A program made the translations under genes and the position numbers. The notes below the pieces were generated by a model, which saw only the letters and a program-made list of their open reading frames with translations, did not search any database and was not told the origin of the DNA. DNA of 61,943 bases, the filler included. It is 5 parts of 5 records of this genome, joined end to end, with 100 filler letters (N's around TTAATTAATTAA, not from the genome) between each part and the next. Parts side by side here need not be neighbours in the genome. Positions count along the whole stretch, not along the records: positions 5,344 to 29,189 come from SRR31147125_24071; 4 more parts are not named here. The stretch is one strand, 5' to 3'. Positions 9,853 through 20,093 of the stretch are shown piece by piece (within the stretch, counting starts at the first letter, position 1; each line of letters starts with the position of its first letter).

Positions 9853-11946
9853 TTATTCGTTTAATATAAATTTGGATACGAGTGTGCGGAGCATGTTGGC
9901 CTGCGAGGAAAGCTCCTCGCTGGCCGCCGCGCTTTCTTCTGCGGTGGCGGAATTCATCTGCACGACCTCGGAGATCTGCTCAATCCCGGACTTAATATAC
10001 CGCAAGCTTTCTGACTGGGTCTCTGTCGCGGACGATATGTCCGTTACAAGCTGCCGCATGCTTGAAGTCTTTTCATTGACTTGCTTAAACGTACTGTCGG
10101 CGTTTTGAGCCAGCGAAACGCCGCGGCCGACAGCAATAATTGTGTCCTCAATCAGCGCCGTTGTGTTCTTGGCGGAATTGGACGATTTCTGAGCCAGATT
10201 TTTAACTTCGTCGGCGACAACCGCAAAGCCTTTTCCAGCCGCGCCGGCCCGGGCGGCTTCTACCGCCGCGTTGAGCGCCAGGATATTAGTCTGGAAAGCG
10301 ATATCCTCAATGTCTTTCGTCACGTTCTTAATATTTTCGGAAGCCGTAGCAATTTCCGCCATGGCGTTGAGCAGCTGGTGCATTTCTTCAAGACTGGCAT
10401 CCATGAAGGACCCGACCTGATGGGTGATATCCGACGCATCGCCGGCATTTTTCGCCGTATCGCCGAGCTGGTTTGACACCTGGCTGATGCTGGCAAACAG
10501 CTCCTCAACCGATGCAGCCTGCTCCGTTGCGCCCTGCGCCAGTGATTGTGAGCCGGCTGATACCTGATCGGCGCCGGAGGACACCTGCTCTGACGATTTT
10601 TTGATCGTCACTAAAGTCGAATTCATGGTGTGCTTGATCTTCTGCAGCGCTTTCAATATGGCGCCGTAATCTCCGATATATTTGTCACGGCATTGGGTGC
10701 TGGCACCGAAATTATTATTAGCCAATTCCGTCAGCACGTAGCTGATATCGCTAATGATCAGGCGCAGACTCGCCGTCATATTCCCAAATGACTGTGCCAG
10801 ACGTCCGATTTCATTCTCGGATTTATTGTTAATGCTTATATTCAGATCGCCGTTTTCGATTTTTTCCGCGGCTTCTACAATATCGCGAATGGGATTAAGA
10901 TGTCGTCTTAAGATGACGTAGGTTAAACCAATGATCAATATAATCGCTATGGCGGCAACGACTATGAGCCAAATGACAAGCTGAACGGCCATGGCGTTAA
11001 AGTCACTATTTTCAATGACCGTTTGAGACCACCATACTCCCCCGTTCAGTTGAATAGGCTCAAAATAGCGGATTTCAGAAATTCCCTCACTGTTGACAAT
11101 GTTTTCACGGAAGGATTGTCCTTTAGCAAACCCCTCAACGACACGCTGGTATTCGTCCGGATCGGAAAAATGCGTATCAAAGCTGCTCCCGATGATATCA
11201 GGATTCTTACTGTCAAACATTACGATACCGCCGTCTGAAACGATGCCGGCATTCAGTGTTGGATGAGACTCGTCCGTGATATTGATCGAACTGAAGCTGT
11301 CCATGCTGATATCGGCAATAACCGCGCCGACAACCTGACCCTCGACAGCGATGGGAAAAGCCATCGACACCATGTAAATCCCGCCCCACATAAACGGCTC
11401 CGTAATAACCACCTGATTGGTATCAACAGCGTCTTTGTAATAGGACTGTGTTGTATAATCCTCTGTATACATGGATACGGTTTTACCGTCAGCCATTGCC
11501 TCGTCTATGTAAATGGCATACCGTTCAATGTCGCTGTCAAAAGCATACGGCTCGAAAAATATACCAAGCCCGACAAGGCTTTGCGTCTTACGTACCTGAC
11601 GCCACCCCGTTTCGATCGCCCAATCCTCTATAGACTTACAAGCGCGGGTAAGCATCATTTTGTCGTATACGATACTGCCATACATTTTCGTCCCAGCCGA
11701 GGTTATCGGCCTCTTGTAGTTGGAAACAATATAGGATTCCAGCCCCGTCGCAGCCTCAGACGCCTCATTTAACATGGCCTGGACCTGGGTGGCGTTTTGC
11801 TTGGCCGTAGCACTCATCATACTGCTGGTCCCATCTGACACGGACCGCGAAGCCAGGGCGACGGCGACGGTAATCAACGCACTCATGGTCACCAGCACCA
11901 ATGCCGCCACAATCACCGCAATTCTCGTAGAAAGTTTCTTTTTCAT
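9853..11946 (-). CDS. Methyl-accepting chemotaxis protein (dCache_1 sensor)
   Basis: FEPYAF, YY..A....VITEPF dCache motifs, [24 protein letters not shown] signalling domain. Confidence 0.95.
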   Translation of the reverse strand: MKKKLSTRIAVIVAALVLVTMSALITVAVALASRSVSDGTSSMMSATAKQNATQVQAMLNEASEAATGLESYIVSNYKRPITSAGTKMYGSIVYDKMMLTRACKSIEDWAIETGWRQVRKTQSLVGLGIFFEPYAFDSDIERYAIYIDEAMADGKTVSMYTEDYTTQSYYKDAVDTNQVVITEPFMWGGIYMVSMAFPIAVEGQVVGAVIADISMDSFSSINITDESHPTLNAGIVSDGGIVMFDSKNPDIIGSSFDTHFSDPDEYQRVVEGFAKGQSFRENIVNSEGISEIRYFEPIQLNGGVWWSQTVIENSDFNAMAVQLVIWLIVVAAIAIILIIGLTYVILRRHLNPIRDIVEAAEKIENGDLNISINNKSENEIGRLAQSFGNMTASLRLIISDISYVLTELANNNFGASTQCRDKYIGDYGAILKALQKIKHTMNSTLVTIKKSSEQVSSGADQVSAGSQSLAQGATEQAASVEELFASISQVSNQLGDTAKNAGDASDITHQVGSFMDASLEEMHQLLNAMAEIATASENIKNVTKDIEDIAFQTNILALNAAVEAARAGAAGKGFAVVADEVKNLAQKSSNSAKNTTALIEDTIIAVGRGVSLAQNADSTFKQVNEKTSSMRQLVTDISSATETQSESLRYIKSGIEQISEVVQMNSATAEESAAASEELSSQANMLRTLVSKFILNE

Positions 11947-12017
11947 ATTTTCTCTCCAGTTCGTTCTGCGTCCCGCCTTTGGGAAAGCGTTCTCTCTAAT
12001 ACATCCTACACTTTATA

Positions 12018-12044
12018 TTTTCGGGAGGCGCATACAAAACTTGA
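12018..12044 (-). promoter_or_regulatory. Putative sigma-28 (SigD/FliA) promoter of MCP
   Basis: Minus strand TCAAG-N14-CCCGAAAA resembles TAAA/TCAAG-N15-GCCGATAA; upstream of a chemoreceptor. Confidence 0.55.
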
Positions 12045-12254
12045 GAAAAACATCTGCCGTTGTGTTCGGGTCTTCCCTCCTGATACGCTTTGCCGTAATA
12101 ATATCGCCAAGCTAGCCGAAATAAGAACTAAACCGGACCTCAAACCTATTAATTCAGCAGATTTTTAAGGTATTTTGTTTTTATTGCAGGTTTTTTTGCT
12201 TTTTTGTCAAAAGTGTGGTATACTCGTTATGTAAACTCTAGGAGGTGTAACGGA

Positions 12255-12422
12255 GTGTCAGTTGAAAGCAAAATTAGGTTGCTGGTCAGCAAGTCCCGCG
12301 TTTATAAAGCCAGTTTCCGCAAAGCCGTGGAAAAAGGCGACAAAGAAGCAGCAGGCAAATGGAAGGCCGGCTATCAAACCATAATAGATGAAATCGATGA
12401 ACTCAAGCAGAAGCTCGCATAA
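12255..12422 (+). CDS. Small helical hypothetical protein (55 aa)
   Basis: GGAGGTG SD, GTG start, sigmaA-like TTGCTT...TGGTATACT promoter upstream, terminator downstream. Confidence 0.7.
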   Translation: MSVESKIRLLVSKSRVYKASFRKAVEKGDKEAAGKWKAGYQTIIDEIDELKQKLA

Positions 12423-12445
12423 AACGCCAATAGTATTTAACGTTT

Positions 12446-12479
12446 GCCGCCCTTAAACCTAAAACCGTTTAAGGGCGGC
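12446..12479. terminator. Hairpin terminator between convergent genes
   Basis: GCCGCCCTTAAAC/GTTTAAGGGCGGC. Confidence 0.75.
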
Positions 12480-12511
12480 GATTCCATTTATCAGTTCGTT
12501 TAAAAGTTCAA

Positions 12512-13233
12512 TCAGGCACTGACAGCAATGTAAATTCCGGCGATGCACATAAAAACATAGATTATCTGCTTAAGACGGGCGGCGTCAATTTTTTGATGAA
12601 TCATCCAGCCCGGCACGCTGCCACAGGCAACGCCTAAAGCACACGGGAGCAGAAACGCCCAAAGCTGCTGGGGCCATGCGCCAATGGCGGCTCTGCCCGA
12701 AACCGCAATAATCGACAAGATGAGAAGGCAGCCCTGCAGCGCGCTCATATATTCGCCCTTATCGTCCGTTACGGCCGTGTAATACAGCACCAGCGGCGGC
12801 CCGGCTATGGAAAACATTGCGCCAAGTATGCCCGATATGATTCCAACAGCTCCGCCAGCGACGGGTGTGGCCGGTATACGAATTTTTTTGAAAAAAACAA
12901 AAACCAGACGGACAGCAAAAACAGCAAAACACCTAACAATCTGAGATAAACGGCCGGCGCGGCCATCGCCCCCAAAAACAGTCCGGCGACGGCGCCCAGC
13001 GCGGAAAACAGGCCCGGTAGGGCAATCAAACGCCAATTTAGGCACTTGCGGTACCGGATTAAGAGGCCCGCACTCATCACCCCGCCGAAAATGAGAGAGA
13101 GCATAACGGCCGTTTCCGGCGGAATAAACAGCGGAAAAAGCGCCATCATGATGATAGCAGAACCAAAACCTGTTGCAGTTTGCGTCAATGCGCTTAAAAA
13201 TGCCACACCGAAAATCAGAAAATATATCTCCAT
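12512..13233 (-). CDS. TauE/SafE (sulfite exporter) family permease, frameshift in A7 run at 12883-12889
   Basis: N-half QTATGFGSAII (ORF 12805..13233) and C-half GILGAMFSIAGPP (ORF 12512..13246) join if A7 were A8. Confidence 0.85.
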
Positions 13234-13425
13234 AATGACCTCGCATGCTCTATGTATAGTGCTTAGTAAAGCATAGATCCTTCAGTCTGTAAAGGTTGGC
13301 AGACGATGCGCGCGGATCAACAAGCTTTACCTGCGATATAAAATCGACGCTGCAGCAAACGTCGAATTATGGTATAATAATACAATACACCTCCAATCTA
13401 CAAAAATAAAAATAGGAGCTGCGCC

Positions 13426-14145
13426 ATGTTTTTTGTGATGCCCGTAATGACAGTTATCCTGATTTATATTCTGGCGGCGGTGCTGCCGGCCGCATTCCTG
13501 CTGCGCTATATTTATCGGAAGGATACCATTGAGAAAGAACCGCCGATGCTTCTTTTTTCACTGCTTCTTTTAGGCGTCGCGGCGGCGCTTGTATCCATCG
13601 TTCTGGAGTTTCTGGGAAGAAGCGTCTTGTCGATGTTTGTAGATGCGGGCAGCCCGGCCTATACGATTCTTCTGGCCTTCATCGTCGTAGCCGTTGTCGA
13701 GGAGGGCACGAAGTTTTTCTTTCTCAAGCTGAAGACCTGGAAAAATCCAAATTTCAACTTCCGATTTGACGGCATTGTTTACGCTGTTTTCATCTCTCTG
13801 GGCTTCGCAGCCTTTGAAAACATCAGCTATGTCCTGGGCTACGGGCTGACGGCTGCCGTCACGCGCGCGGTGCTGGCGATACCGGGACACATGGGCTTCG
13901 CCGTCTTTATGGGCCTGTTTTATGGCCGTGCCAAGATGTGTGAGCACATGGGCAAAAACGGGTCCAAGACATTAAATCTCTGGGCCGGATACCTTGCCGC
14001 CGTGGCGCTGCACGGATTTTATGACGCGTGCGCAATGATCAGCACCGTGTGGTCCACTGTTGTGTTCGTGGCTTTCGTTATCGTGATGTATATCGTCGTC
14101 ATTCGAATGGTTAAAAAACAATCCGCTGCTGACCAGCCGATTTAA
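13426..14145 (+). CDS. prsW: PrsW-family intramembrane metalloprotease
   Basis: DxxEKEP, VVEEGTK, DGIVYA, FAAFEN, RAVLAIPGH, LHGFYD. Confidence 0.92.
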   Translation: MFFVMPVMTVILIYILAAVLPAAFLLRYIYRKDTIEKEPPMLLFSLLLLGVAAALVSIVLEFLGRSVLSMFVDAGSPAYTILLAFIVVAVVEEGTKFFFLKLKTWKNPNFNFRFDGIVYAVFISLGFAAFENISYVLGYGLTAAVTRAVLAIPGHMGFAVFMGLFYGRAKMCEHMGKNGSKTLNLWAGYLAAVALHGFYDACAMISTVWSTVVFVAFVIVMYIVVIRMVKKQSAADQPI

Positions 14146-14164
14146 TCTCAGCGCTTTGTCTAAA

Positions 14165-14210
14165 CCAAGAAAAAAGCGGGTACGTAAAATCGTGCCCGCT
14201 TTTTTCTTGG
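14165..14210 (+). terminator. Rho-independent terminator
   Basis: CCAAGAAAAAAGCGGGTACG/CGTGCCCGCTTTTTTCTTGG. Confidence 0.75.
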
Positions 14211-14338
14211 CGCATCTAACAACGGTACTGCAGCCGGCATAATCGCCACCAACCACTCTGTTTATTGTTATTATCTTAATTGACATGCACAAAAAAACAA
14301 TGGTAATCTGAGTAAAATGATCAGGGAGGTACTCATAA

Positions 14339-15337
14339 ATGAATCCAAAAGAGATGTTTATGTCCGCGCTGCGAAACGAAAAGCCTATGAAATGGATGGG
14401 GTATGCGTTTGAGGCGTTCCCCCAGAGTCAGTTCCATGTTGTGCTGGATCCCATATCCGTTTGGGACATCCTGTATTTATCCGGCGAGTCCGTTGTGGAC
14501 CATTGGGGCGTCGTCCACCGTTTCCTGCCTGGCGACCCCGGCATCATCCCCATGGTTAATGAAGAAAACAAAGTCATAAAAGACATTACCAAATGGCGTG
14601 ATTACGTCCAGTTCCCCGAAATTCCGGAGCTTGACTGGAGCGATGCGCAAAAAACAATCGCCAATCTGGACCGCGAGACGACGATGGTCATGGTACCCAC
14701 ATTCCGTGGTCTGTTTGAGCGCGCACACTGCCTGATGACGTTTGAGGACGTGCTCATCTATATGTACGAGGAGCCTGAGGCGATGAACGAGCTGTTCGGC
14801 GCGCTGACGGACTGGAAGCTCAAGGCCTGCGAGCTGCTTATTGATAATCTGCACCCCGACATCATCCACTCCCATGACGACTGGGGCTCCAAGACAAGCC
14901 TGTTCTTCTCACCGCAGAAATTCCGAGAGCTTTTAAAGCCGCATTACGACCGGCTTTACGGTTATATAAAGTCGCGTGGCGTGCTCATCCAGCATCACGC
15001 CGACTGCTACTGCCAGGGCCTTGAAAACGATATGGTCGATATCGGCTGCGACATGTGGCAGGGCGTTCTTCCATCGAACGACATCGTCCAGATCCAGAAA
15101 AACACGGGCGGTAAAATGCTTCTCATGGGCGGCCTTGAGCAGACGGTCATAGATCATGCCGAGGCGACGGGAGACGTTATTCGCGCCGAGGTCCGCCGGG
15201 CAATTGATACATATGCCCCCGGCGGCGCATTCCTCCCCTGCATCCCCAGCCTAGAGTGCGTTAACCCGCACGTCACGCCTATTGTCATTGACGAATGCAA
15301 CCGCTACGGCGCCGAGTGGCTGAAAAAGCAGCAGTAA
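14339..15337 (+). CDS. Uroporphyrinogen decarboxylase-like protein (MtaA/CmuA methyltransferase-type)
   Basis: DHWGV, GLFER, HDDWG, HHADC, MGGL, YAPGGAF motifs of clostridial UroD-like methylcobamide methyltransferases. Confidence 0.85.
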   Translation: MNPKEMFMSALRNEKPMKWMGYAFEAFPQSQFHVVLDPISVWDILYLSGESVVDHWGVVHRFLPGDPGIIPMVNEENKVIKDITKWRDYVQFPEIPELDWSDAQKTIANLDRETTMVMVPTFRGLFERAHCLMTFEDVLIYMYEEPEAMNELFGALTDWKLKACELLIDNLHPDIIHSHDDWGSKTSLFFSPQKFRELLKPHYDRLYGYIKSRGVLIQHHADCYCQGLENDMVDIGCDMWQGVLPSNDIVQIQKNTGGKMLLMGGLEQTVIDHAEATGDVIRAEVRRAIDTYAPGGAFLPCIPSLECVNPHVTPIVIDECNRYGAEWLKKQQ

Positions 15338-15356
15338 TAATACTGTTCGACAACAA

Positions 15357-15390
15357 AAACGCCTTCCATCCCTGCGGGTTGGAAGGCGTT
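15357..15390. terminator. Bidirectional terminator
   Basis: AACGCCTTCCATCC/GGTTGGAAGGCGTT between convergent genes. Confidence 0.75.
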
Positions 15391-15409
15391 CTCATTTGTG
15401 TGGTATACC

Positions 15410-16384
15410 TCAGCTCTCCAGCTGCTGGACGATCAAAATGATGTCAAAGACGCTCAGCTGATTGTCAAAAGCCAGGCTGAAATCAAAGTTGCTTAAAACG
15501 ACCTGGAGGCTTGGCGTCGCGCTGGCCGTATTGTACAAAAACTGGACGGACAGCTGATTGTCTAAAATCGCATTGGGATCATTGGGAATTATCCCGTTAT
15601 AAGCAAGGCTATTGAGATTGGTGCTTGCTTCGTTAAGGATATTGAAAAGAATCTGATACGTCGAGCCAAACGCCGGCGGCGTCAGCGGCAACAGAAAGCT
15701 GGCCCTGAGCGACAGCGCAATTTGATAAAGGCCCGGCCCCGGCAAATTCAGCGTATCGTTTGTGACCGTTGTTGTTGTGAGGGAATAACCGCCTGTTGTA
15801 TAAAGCGGATTGATACCTTCGTTAGAAAGATTCAGCGGGCCGTTAGCCGTCAGCGCATTGTTATAGTTTCTATCAAAAAGCTGTACAAAGCTTATGGGCG
15901 AAGCCGGGCCTGTCGGGCCCGTATCGCCTGTCGGGCCCGTATCACCGGTCGGTCCGGTCGGGCCGGTAGGACCGGCGGAACCTTCGCTATCCTCAGTAAT
16001 AATCAAGGATGCCTTAACCGTCACCTGCGTGGGATAAAATACAGACGTACCGCTATAATTGACGAGTGTAACCGTCAGCGGCACAACAGATGCCTCAATG
16101 ATTGCGCCGCCGGATGCCTCCCCTGTTTTAACCGGAGAGCAGCCTTCAATAACGTCACCCTGAGACGAGGATATGGCAAAGGCTATTTCAGCCGTTTGCG
16201 CCGATTGTGTCGTAAGCCACCAATTGATAACATATCGCCCGGCCTCCTGTATAGTAATGACGCCGGTGGCTGCGTTATAGCTAATGGTACCAGATTGGTA
16301 AACTGTTGTATCAAATATAGCATTTCCGGCAGGCGGCACGGAGCCGGCTGCCTGTCGTTCAATTTGTAAAGCATTATTGCTCAT
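15410..16384 (-). CDS. Collagen-like (GPT/GDT) protein with BclA/C1q-like beta domains; probable spore-surface protein
   Basis: GPTGPTGPTGDTGPTGDTGPTGP (~15906-15976); both flanking domains carry a G-x-Y-x-I strand motif; no signal peptide. Confidence 0.78.
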   Translation of the reverse strand: MSNNALQIERQAAGSVPPAGNAIFDTTVYQSGTISYNAATGVITIQEAGRYVINWWLTTQSAQTAEIAFAISSSQGDVIEGCSPVKTGEASGGAIIEASVVPLTVTLVNYSGTSVFYPTQVTVKASLIITEDSEGSAGPTGPTGPTGDTGPTGDTGPTGPASPISFVQLFDRNYNNALTANGPLNLSNEGINPLYTTGGYSLTTTTVTNDTLNLPGPGLYQIALSLRASFLLPLTPPAFGSTYQILFNILNEASTNLNSLAYNGIIPNDPNAILDNQLSVQFLYNTASATPSLQVVLSNFDFSLAFDNQLSVFDIILIVQQLES

Positions 16385-16436
16385 TTAATTCACCATTTTT
16401 ACGTTTTTGATGTGACCTAAATAATTGACCCTGTCG

Positions 16437-16466
16437 TATTATATGATGCTTAACAACAGCCTGCTC
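16437..16466 (-). promoter_or_regulatory. Putative mother-cell (SigK/SigE-type) promoter
   Basis: Minus strand GCA-N16-CATATAATA matches the CATANNNTA -10; upstream of the collagen-like gene. Confidence 0.5.
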
Positions 16467-16634
16467 AACAGGTACAGTAATGCCCCTGCGGCAAAACCGC
16501 AGGGGCGCCAGACTGTCGAAAAAGCCACGCGCAGATTTTTGACAAACAAAACGCCTTCCCTGCCGTTTTTGCAGAGAAGGCGCTTGTTTGTGTGAGCAAC
16601 AATATGTTGAACCTAAATTCAGTTCTATCAGGCT

Positions 16635-17339
16635 TTAGCAAGCCTCCGGTTCGCTAAGTGCATCACGCAGCTGGGTTGCGGCCTGCTGTTCTCTGTCATC
16701 AAGCGTACCGCCGTCCAGCAGCACATTTATATCCGCGATAATCTTTGTACGCTGATCCTCCAGCCCGCCATAACCCAGGTAGTAGGCTGCAAAGCCGCAC
16801 AACAGCGGGAGGTCCTCGTCATCCGTTTGGGCCAGGCATCGGACGAACGTCTCAGTATGGGCGGCCAGAAGATTGGACAGGACGCCGCTGTAACCCTCGG
16901 CATAAGCGCCGTCCAGGCCTTGTGTGGACTGCATGACATAGATGATGTCCGCTTCTTCCGTCAAATCAAGCTGATACAACCAGTCCATCAGATCATACGC
17001 TTCAGCCCCGAGTGATGCGCAGTATCGGCTGTATTTCGTCCAGTTCATATCGGGCAGCGCGGCTAGCAGCGCTTTATTATCCGCGGTGCCTTTATCCTCT
17101 TTGCTGAACAGGTCATAAACCTTTTGTTCCGCTTCGTAATTGTCTGACGGCGACGGTGTACCATCAGGTATCGGGCTGGTGATGGCTGACGGACCGGTCG
17201 TCTCTGATGTCGGGGACATAGATTGATTCGGGTCCAGCTCAGCGGGTGCAGAAGGAGAAGCGCTGCCATTTTGTGTACAGCCGGCTAAAATCGCCGACAG
17301 GATAACGAAAGCCATAATGACCAGACGCAGTATTTTCAT
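16635..17339 (-). CDS. Hypothetical lipoprotein
   Basis: Lipobox LAGC, Ser/Pro/Thr linker, helical C-terminal domain. Confidence 0.8.
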   Translation of the reverse strand: MKILRLVIMAFVILSAILAGCTQNGSASPSAPAELDPNQSMSPTSETTGPSAITSPIPDGTPSPSDNYEAEQKVYDLFSKEDKGTADNKALLAALPDMNWTKYSRYCASLGAEAYDLMDWLYQLDLTEEADIIYVMQSTQGLDGAYAEGYSGVLSNLLAAHTETFVRCLAQTDDEDLPLLCGFAAYYLGYGGLEDQRTKIIADINVLLDGGTLDDREQQAATQLRDALSEPEAC

Positions 17340-17397
17340 TTCGGTACCTTTCCGGCTGGGTTATTGTACGGATATGAACAGGCTGCTCATGTCTTGC

Positions 17398-18558
17398 TTA
17401 CTGATAATTATCGTACATTTTGCCAATCTGCTCGGCCATCACCTCGTCGGTGACCGGCTTGAGAGAACACGCGGTTACAAACCAGTTCTTAATGATAGCG
17501 CCATGGGCGCAGGCAACGGCTTCTTCCCGGGAAATCCCCTGTGCTTTAAGCGAGGGGATGTTCAGCCGCCGCATCATCTCCCTGAGTTTTGCGGCCGCCA
17601 GCTCGCCGGCCTCCGCGCCGCCAATGCCTTCCGGCAGCTTGACGCCCAGAGCCTCGGCAATCTTTTTCGTTTTTTCCGGGACGAGATCAGCAGCAAACGT
17701 GATAACCTCCGGAAGCGTCAGCGCACAGGCTACGCCGTGCTGCATATGAAACTGAATGCCGAATTCATGCGCGGCTGCATGTCCGATATGAAGGCTCGCC
17801 TCCGTGAAGGCCATTCCGGCGATATTGCTGGCAAAGCTCAACTGTGTCCGGGCCTCAATATCACTCCCATCCGCACAGGCTTTTTCCAGGTTTTCAGCAA
17901 TTATTTTAGCTGCCGCAAGAGACAAAACCTCTGCTTTCGGGTTCCCGCAATTCGTGGACAAGGATTCAAGCGCGTGAGACAGTGCATCAAAGCCGGTTGC
18001 AGCCGTGATATGTGGCGGAACACTCAGCGTCAGCTCCGGGTCTACAATGGCGAGAGTCGCCGCTCTCAGGATGCCCTCTTTCGTATGCTGGGTCTCGTCA
18101 TGCACAACAGCCATAATCGTTACTTCTGAGCCTGTTCCGGACGCTGTCGGGATAAGGATCAGGGGAATTGTCGATTTGTATTCCTTACCCGTCGAAGGCA
18201 GATATTGTGTAATCGGCAGTGGATTTTCGACCAGGACGGTCGCGGCTTTCGCCGTATCCAGGGAGCTGCCGCCGCCGATACCGACGACAATGTCCACCTT
18301 TTCATCCTGCGCCAGCTGACCTGCTTTGTTGACGATGGAGTCCGGTGCATCCGGCATAACTTCGTTGAATATAACGACGCCAATACCATTGTCTTGAAGC
18401 TGCGAGACGATTTTACCGGCTATGCCAGTCATTTCAACGCCCTTGTCATAAATACACAGCGCCTTTGTCCCGCCCAATTCCTTAACCTTGTCTGTCGTCA
18501 TAGCCGACGCCCCAGCCCCGAATAGTACCGGGCAAAGCTGATTATAGGTGCTTATCAT
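17398..18558 (-). CDS. Iron-containing alcohol dehydrogenase
   Basis: GGGSSLDTAKA, PTASGTGSEVT, DALSHALE, GHAAAH, HG; GGGAGG SD before ATG 18558. Confidence 0.93.
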   Translation of the reverse strand: MISTYNQLCPVLFGAGASAMTTDKVKELGGTKALCIYDKGVEMTGIAGKIVSQLQDNGIGVVIFNEVMPDAPDSIVNKAGQLAQDEKVDIVVGIGGGSSLDTAKAATVLVENPLPITQYLPSTGKEYKSTIPLILIPTASGTGSEVTIMAVVHDETQHTKEGILRAATLAIVDPELTLSVPPHITAATGFDALSHALESLSTNCGNPKAEVLSLAAAKIIAENLEKACADGSDIEARTQLSFASNIAGMAFTEASLHIGHAAAHEFGIQFHMQHGVACALTLPEVITFAADLVPEKTKKIAEALGVKLPEGIGGAEAGELAAAKLREMMRRLNIPSLKAQGISREEAVACAHGAIIKNWFVTACSLKPVTDEVMAEQIGKMYDNYQ

Positions 18559-18885
18559 GTTGTCCTCCCTGCGGATATATATTTGTTTTAAACGTATGAA
18601 GCATAGCATTAAAATCCAACAAATTCAATATTTCACAGCGATACATTTAACAATATCTTAATAAATTCCTTTATAAGTGCCTTCAAACACAAAATAAAAG
18701 CGCCCGAATTAAGGAAAACGCTGGCCAAAGACAAGTTTTATGCTATAATAAATTCTAAGCTCAATAGTACTGATCCGAAGCGGTTTTCAGTGTATTTAAT
18801 ACGGGTTAAGGCTGCGCACACAGGTCTATAATGACTATGAAGTAGCTATCGAATATGTTATTAATCCATTAACCGGAGGTATCCT

Positions 18886-20037
18886 GTGAACGACAAAACC
18901 CTGGAACGGAAAAGATTTATCATTAATGTGCTGTACTTTGCTCTGGCGGCAGCGATTTTATATTTTTGCGTCAAATACGCTTTGGGCTGGGTGCTGCCTT
19001 TTTTGATTGCCCTTCTGGTGTCTATGCTGCTCAGGCCCGTCATACGATTTCTGGCTAAAAGATTCAAGGTGCCGCAGAAACTGTCGGCGCTCATTCTTGT
19101 ACTGCTGTTTTATGCGGTTGTCGGCTTTTTGCTGTTTTTAGTGATCGCCAAGCTGGTTTTAATCTCCCGTGATATATTTTCAAACATCCCCCAAATGTAC
19201 GATGACTATTTAGCGCCGCAAATCACGGACCTGTTTGAGCAGTTCAAGACGTTGACGGAACGGCTCGACCCGAATATCGCGCAGATGGTCCAGAACGCAA
19301 CGTCGTCGTTTGTTGATTCGTCCGGCTCGCTTGTCTCGGGTCTATCCACTAAAGTCGTGGGCTACCTGTCCAACACGTTTATTTCACTGCCGGGCATCAT
19401 ATTGTTCATCGTATTCTCCATCGTCTCCTCCGTCTTTTTTTCCATGGACTTCACAAAAATATCCGGCTACATAACCGGTATACTCCCCGACAAAATGAAC
19501 GGGCGCTTGACGAGACTCAAAGCGATGGCTGCCGATATTGGCCGAAAATACGTCAAATCCTATGCAATTATAATTTCCATAACGTTTGCCGAATTGTCGC
19601 TTGGTCTTCTCATATTGGGCGTTGACAACGCCATCGCGCTGGCCGCCGTTATCGCGTTTATAGACCTGCTGCCTGTTTTAGGCACAGGAGCCGTGCTGAT
19701 CCCGTGGTGTCTGATCCTGCTGATTATGGGCAATTACGGCCTGGGTATCGGCCTGGCTGTTTTATATGTAGTCATGCTCGTCGTACGCAACATTCTTGAG
19801 CCTAGGATTGTCGGGCGGCAGATTGGCGTGCATCCCCTGGCCATGCTGGTCAGCATGTATGTGGGTCTGAAAATTTTCGGCTTCATCGGCATTTTTGTCC
19901 TCCCGCTCGTTCTTCTGGCTGTCAAAGGTTTTTTAGAGAACAAGTCCGACGCGCCGCCGGACAAGCCCGGAGAAGCGCCGGACAGCGGCGACAGCACGGA
20001 TACAGCCACCAGCCTAGCGGAAAATACACAACCGTAA
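18886..20037 (+). CDS. ytvI: Sporulation integral membrane protein YtvI (AI-2E family)
   Basis: DLLPVLGTGAVLIPW, RNILEPRIVGRQIGVHPL. Confidence 0.92.
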   Translation: MNDKTLERKRFIINVLYFALAAAILYFCVKYALGWVLPFLIALLVSMLLRPVIRFLAKRFKVPQKLSALILVLLFYAVVGFLLFLVIAKLVLISRDIFSNIPQMYDDYLAPQITDLFEQFKTLTERLDPNIAQMVQNATSSFVDSSGSLVSGLSTKVVGYLSNTFISLPGIILFIVFSIVSSVFFSMDFTKISGYITGILPDKMNGRLTRLKAMAADIGRKYVKSYAIIISITFAELSLGLLILGVDNAIALAAVIAFIDLLPVLGTGAVLIPWCLILLIMGNYGLGIGLAVLYVVMLVVRNILEPRIVGRQIGVHPLAMLVSMYVGLKIFGFIGIFVLPLVLLAVKGFLENKSDAPPDKPGEAPDSGDSTDTATSLAENTQP

Positions 20038-20043
20038 AGCTTA

Positions 20044-20073
20044 AACGCCCCGCAGTGATCGCTGCGGGGCGTT
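20044..20073. terminator. Bidirectional terminator
   Basis: AACGCCCCGCAG/CTGCGGGGCGTT. Confidence 0.75.
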
Positions 20074-20093
20074 CTTGCCGTTTGATTTATAAT

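Noticed and set aside
11955..12000. Minus-strand CAAAGGCGGGACGCAGAAC resembling the c-di-GMP-I riboswitch core upstream of an MCP
   Set aside because: Lacks the GGCAAA start, a paired GAAA stem and the second hairpin, and runs directly into the SD. At most a degenerate relic.
12883..12889. Phase variation by homopolymer slippage in tauE and other genes
   Set aside because: The same one-base deficit occurs in unrelated contigs, including ferritin, and the runs are short (5-7 nt). Sequencing error is more parsimonious.
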